A stretch of 37,366 bases of DNA, from contig JBEEMM010000001.1 of assembly GCA_041192685.1 (NCBI GenBank), positions 1 through 37,366 of the forward strand, in the 5' to 3' direction. Numbering within the stretch: the first letter of the stretch is position 1; each line of letters opens with the position of its first letter. The notes beneath the pieces were generated by a model. That model was not told the origin of the DNA. It worked only from the letters and a program-made list of their open reading frames with translations, and ran no database searches. Shown in pieces: positions 34,532 to 37,366 of this stretch. This DNA is from Bacteroidota bacterium (lineage in GTDB: Bacteria; Bacteroidota; Bacteroidia; Flavobacteriales; Schleiferiaceae). The position numbers and the translations under genes are program-made.

Positions 34532-35932
34532 TTGGGTAAGCTGGACCGCTACTTTATCGCGAACTTCATACAATTATTTGCCAAAACACTGGCAATGAGC
34601 GTGTTCATACTGCTCATGCAAATGGTTTGGAAGTATATGGACGACCTTGCTGGTCGGGGAATTTCGCTTTGGCGCATCCTCGAACTAATGGGCTACTGGT
34701 CGGTGTCTATTTTACCCATGGCGGCACCCATTGCCGTGCTCTTTGCGGCCATCATGGTTTATGGTCAATGGGCGGAATCGCGAGAATATGCCGCAACTAA
34801 AGCTTCGGGATTTTCCTTTCTTCGCATGCTTAGGCCTCTATTCTTGGTACTGAGCATTATTGGAGTACTCATGTTTTTGGTCAGCAACAACTTCATCCCC
34901 GTCGCCAACTACAAGGGAGAAAATTTATTGCTGAACATCGCTCGTCAGAAACCCACGTTCAAACTAAAGCCTGGGGTTTTTGTGGCAGGGCTCGACGGAT
35001 TCAGCGTGAAAATTGGCCGGAAGGAAGAGAACCGAATCTATGACGTAATCCTTTATGACCATCGAGAACGGGGCCAAGGGAACGTTGGGGTCTTGACCGC
35101 TCCCGAAGGCGAAGTGCGCTACCCCGAGGGAAGCCCAACCATGACCCTCGTGCTTCGCAACGGCAGAAGCTATCTTGACGTAAAGGAATCGATACGGCAG
35201 GAGCGGCTGCGGCAGGGTTCGCTGGTGGCCGAATTTGACAGTATGGTAGTTAGGCTTGATATGTCTTCGTTTTTGCTCGGAGATTTAGGCGGAGTTCAGC
35301 GCAGCAACGAGTACAACATGCTTACTATAAGCCAGCTCGATACCTCCATTGACCTTATTGAAGACCAAATTAAAGCCCGTGTTGCAGAGGTTTCCCTCGG
35401 AATGCAGCGAAAGCTGGGGGGCTGGGTTGGCGACAGCCTAATGGGATTTTCTGAGGCGGACCCCCAATTAAGGGTTTCAAAACGACTCCAGCCCATTCAC
35501 CGCTATCGGGCGACCCAGAGCGCCCTAAACCTGGCGCAGAGCAACAGGGATTACATGAATCAAATAGCCTCAGAGTTGGATTGGCGCAACCAACACCTCT
35601 CCAGGCATTATTTGGAGTGGCATAAAAAATTCAGTGTGGCGGTGGCCTGCATTCTTTTGTTCTTCATTGGCGCCGCGCTGGGTAGCATCATTCAACGCGG
35701 GGGCTTTGGCTGGGCTTTTGTTTCGAGTGTGCTCTTGTTCCTGCTTCATTATGTACTCACTATGGTTTCTGAAAAACTCGGACGCACTTGGGTACTAAGT
35801 CCGTTTTGGGCTATTTGGGGGCCGAACCTTGCCCTGCTCCCAATCGCTTTGTTTATGGTTTGGTGGGCCTCTATCGACGGGCAATTGCCTCTAAATTGGA
35901 TTCGAAGACGCATTAAAACCACTGTACAGTGA
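34532..35932 (+). CDS. LptF/LptG (YjgP/YjgQ) family LPS export permease
   Basis: 466 aa. KLDRYFIANF N-terminus, three N-terminal TMs, a periplasmic beta-jellyroll insert and C-terminal TMs. TTG start. Confidence 0.85.
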   Translation: MGKLDRYFIANFIQLFAKTLAMSVFILLMQMVWKYMDDLAGRGISLWRILELMGYWSVSILPMAAPIAVLFAAIMVYGQWAESREYAATKASGFSFLRMLRPLFLVLSIIGVLMFLVSNNFIPVANYKGENLLLNIARQKPTFKLKPGVFVAGLDGFSVKIGRKEENRIYDVILYDHRERGQGNVGVLTAPEGEVRYPEGSPTMTLVLRNGRSYLDVKESIRQERLRQGSLVAEFDSMVVRLDMSSFLLGDLGGVQRSNEYNMLTISQLDTSIDLIEDQIKARVAEVSLGMQRKLGGWVGDSLMGFSEADPQLRVSKRLQPIHRYRATQSALNLAQSNRDYMNQIASELDWRNQHLSRHYLEWHKKFSVAVACILLFFIGAALGSIIQRGGFGWAFVSSVLLFLLHYVLTMVSEKLGRTWVLSPFWAIWGPNLALLPIALFMVWWASIDGQLPLNWIRRRIKTTVQ

Positions 35933-37065
35933 GAATTCTGCATTTATGCAACAAGGTGCCCTTCCCTGGGCGCGACGGGAGCAGCCTGGCCATGGAGGCT
36001 TTGATTCGCATCGAGGCGTCCCTGGGGCATGAGGTACAGGTTGTTGCGCTAAACACCGACAAGCACTGGGTGCAGCATCCCTCCTCCCCGATTGCTGGGG
36101 CGTCCCTCGAAGCAATTAATATTCAAACCGCACCACGCTGGAGCACGGCCCTGGCTAACCTCTTTGAGCGGCAGAGCTACTACGCGAGTAGGTTTTGGAG
36201 TGCCGAGGCAGCACGGCGGATTGAAATTCTCGCAGCCGCATGCGATTTAGTGGTTTTTGACAGCCTATTTATGGCCGTCTACCTGCCGCATATTGGCAAT
36301 AAACCTAGTGTACTTCGGGCGCACAACGTCGAGCATTCCATTTGGCAGCGCGGACTCTCTGAAGAACCAATCCTACGAAGATTTTATGTGTCCTTGCAGG
36401 CCAAGCGCTTACAACGATGGGAACAGGAGGTTTCTGCTCAAGTTTCGCGCATTTGGACCATCAGCAACGAAGACCAACGGTGGTTTGCCCAAGCGCGTCC
36501 TGGATCGGTTCAGTGCCTGCCCTGCAGCGTTGATTTTGTCAATGGCTCCTGGGAGCAAAGCGGCGCCTCCCCTGCGTCGGCCTACCATCTTGGCGCCATG
36601 GATTGGACGCCCAACATCCGAGGAATGCGGTGGTTCATCGATGAGGTTGCGCCCCAACTAAGGAATGCTGAGCTTGAGGTTTTTAGCAAGCACTGGCCCT
36701 TTGAAGGTTCGACTGGTCCTGTCAAGCACCAAACCCATGACCTTGACTTTCAACAATTTGGAGTATTCGTTGCCCCAATCCGCAGCGGCAGCGGAATGCG
36801 CATCAAGCTTCTCGAAGCAATGGCGCGAGGTAAGGCCATTGTAACCACGAGCCTTGGCGCAGAAGGCCTTAGAGCCCAGCATAATGTTCACCTCCTTCTA
36901 GCGGATTCCGCCGAGGATTTTGCTGCTGCCCTAGACCTGCTCTGGAGCAACCTGGAGCTTCGCAGCCGAATCGGTAATGCTGCTGCGGCCCATGCCCGGC
37001 AAACGTTTAGCGACGAAGCGGTTGCCTTGGAACTCCGCACGGAACTTGCGACCTTTAGCCACTAA
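35929..37065 (+). CDS. Glycosyltransferase family 4 (GT-B fold)
   Basis: 378 aa. MRILHLCNKVPFPGRDG N-terminus and a C-terminal E-x7-E-like region (KLLEAMARGKAIVTT). The GTG start overlaps the upstream stop (GTGA). Confidence 0.85.
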   Translation: MRILHLCNKVPFPGRDGSSLAMEALIRIEASLGHEVQVVALNTDKHWVQHPSSPIAGASLEAINIQTAPRWSTALANLFERQSYYASRFWSAEAARRIEILAAACDLVVFDSLFMAVYLPHIGNKPSVLRAHNVEHSIWQRGLSEEPILRRFYVSLQAKRLQRWEQEVSAQVSRIWTISNEDQRWFAQARPGSVQCLPCSVDFVNGSWEQSGASPASAYHLGAMDWTPNIRGMRWFIDEVAPQLRNAELEVFSKHWPFEGSTGPVKHQTHDLDFQQFGVFVAPIRSGSGMRIKLLEAMARGKAIVTTSLGAEGLRAQHNVHLLLADSAEDFAAALDLLWSNLELRSRIGNAAAAHARQTFSDEAVALELRTELATFSH

Positions 37066-37366
37066 TGGAAGCTATCGCATTGATTTTTTGGGGGCTTGCT
37101 CTGGTTCCCTACAGTCTTTTTCCCTTGGTTCTGAGAGCCCTAGGTCAAAAACCGAAAAGTCCAGAAGAAGTCAAGGAGCAACATACGCTGCCCAAGGTTA
37201 CGGTTGTTTTTGCGGCCTACAACGAAGAAGCAAACCTGGCCCGCATGCTCGACCATCTCCTGGCACAGGACTACCCCGGCGAATTGGAGGTTTGGGTGGG
37301 GTCCGACCAAAGTACCGACCGAAGCGACGAGATACTAACGCAGTACAGCGCAAAGCACCCCTCCAT
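37065..37366 (+). CDS. Glycosyltransferase family 2, N-terminal part (runs off the window end)
   Basis: Hand translation gives MEAIALIFWGLALVPYSLFPLVL...KVTVVFAAYNEEANLARMLDHLLAQDYPGELEVWVGSDQSTDRSDEIL, a TM helix followed by the GT2 DxD-region N-terminus. The ATG overlaps the upstream TAA (TAATG). Confidence 0.8.
   Translation, partial: MEAIALIFWGLALVPYSLFPLVLRALGQKPKSPEEVKEQHTLPKVTVVFAAYNEEANLARMLDHLLAQDYPGELEVWVGSDQSTDRSDEILTQYSAKHPS

Noticed and set aside
1-37366. Search for a novel defence, toxin-antitoxin, secretion or mobile system, and for CRISPR arrays, tRNA/rRNA genes, transposases, integrases or long terminal repeats.
   Set aside because: Every sizeable ORF is either a recognisable housekeeping or envelope gene or a small conserved hypothetical. 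Intergenic spacers are all 214 nt or shorter and are accounted for by promoters, one riboswitch and two terminators. I saw no repeat-spacer periodicity and no cloverleaf-like or rRNA-like segments. I cannot exclude small RNAs without expression data.

Overview
This window is a compact, almost fully coding chromosomal segment with GC-rich genes and conspicuously AT-rich spacers. It looks like core genome of a Bacteroidota bacterium: no Shine-Dalgarno sequences, TAnnTTTG-type -7 promoter boxes, fur-purA and ftsK-lolA-lptF/G synteny, and DUF families typical of Flavobacteriia-like lineages. I call 42 protein-coding genes, two of them truncated at the window edges. Most are housekeeping: sucC, purA, pyrD, smpB, pcm, argS, ftsK, HMG-CoA lyase, 3-hydroxybutyryl-CoA dehydrogenase, envelope and LPS genes, and glycosyltransferases. 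I found no rRNA, tRNA, CRISPR array, transposase, integrase, or recognisable defence or toxin module, so I cannot point to a convincing brand-new multi-gene system. Four things stand out. (1) A damage-response cassette at the left edge encodes an XRE-HTH/S24 self-cleaving repressor, DinB and an SRAP peptidase. (2) A cobalamin riboswitch (21023-21196, minus strand) is hidden inside the false N-terminal extension of the supplied 640-aa ORF. It drives a btuB-like TonB-dependent receptor and a BtuG-like beta-propeller lipoprotein. No btuFCD is present, and a DUF6580-like membrane protein converges on the locus. (3) TAnnTTTG boxes sit only 4-6 nt upstream of start codons at many genes, implying widespread leaderless mRNAs, and at divergent gene pairs they form perfect palindromes. 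(4) Smaller oddities include a 14-nt tandem/inverted repeat block in front of a bidirectional terminator, a tail-less SSB, and several 29-61 bp convergent gene overlaps. Several ORF-track starts were revised using homology and the promoter-box spacing.
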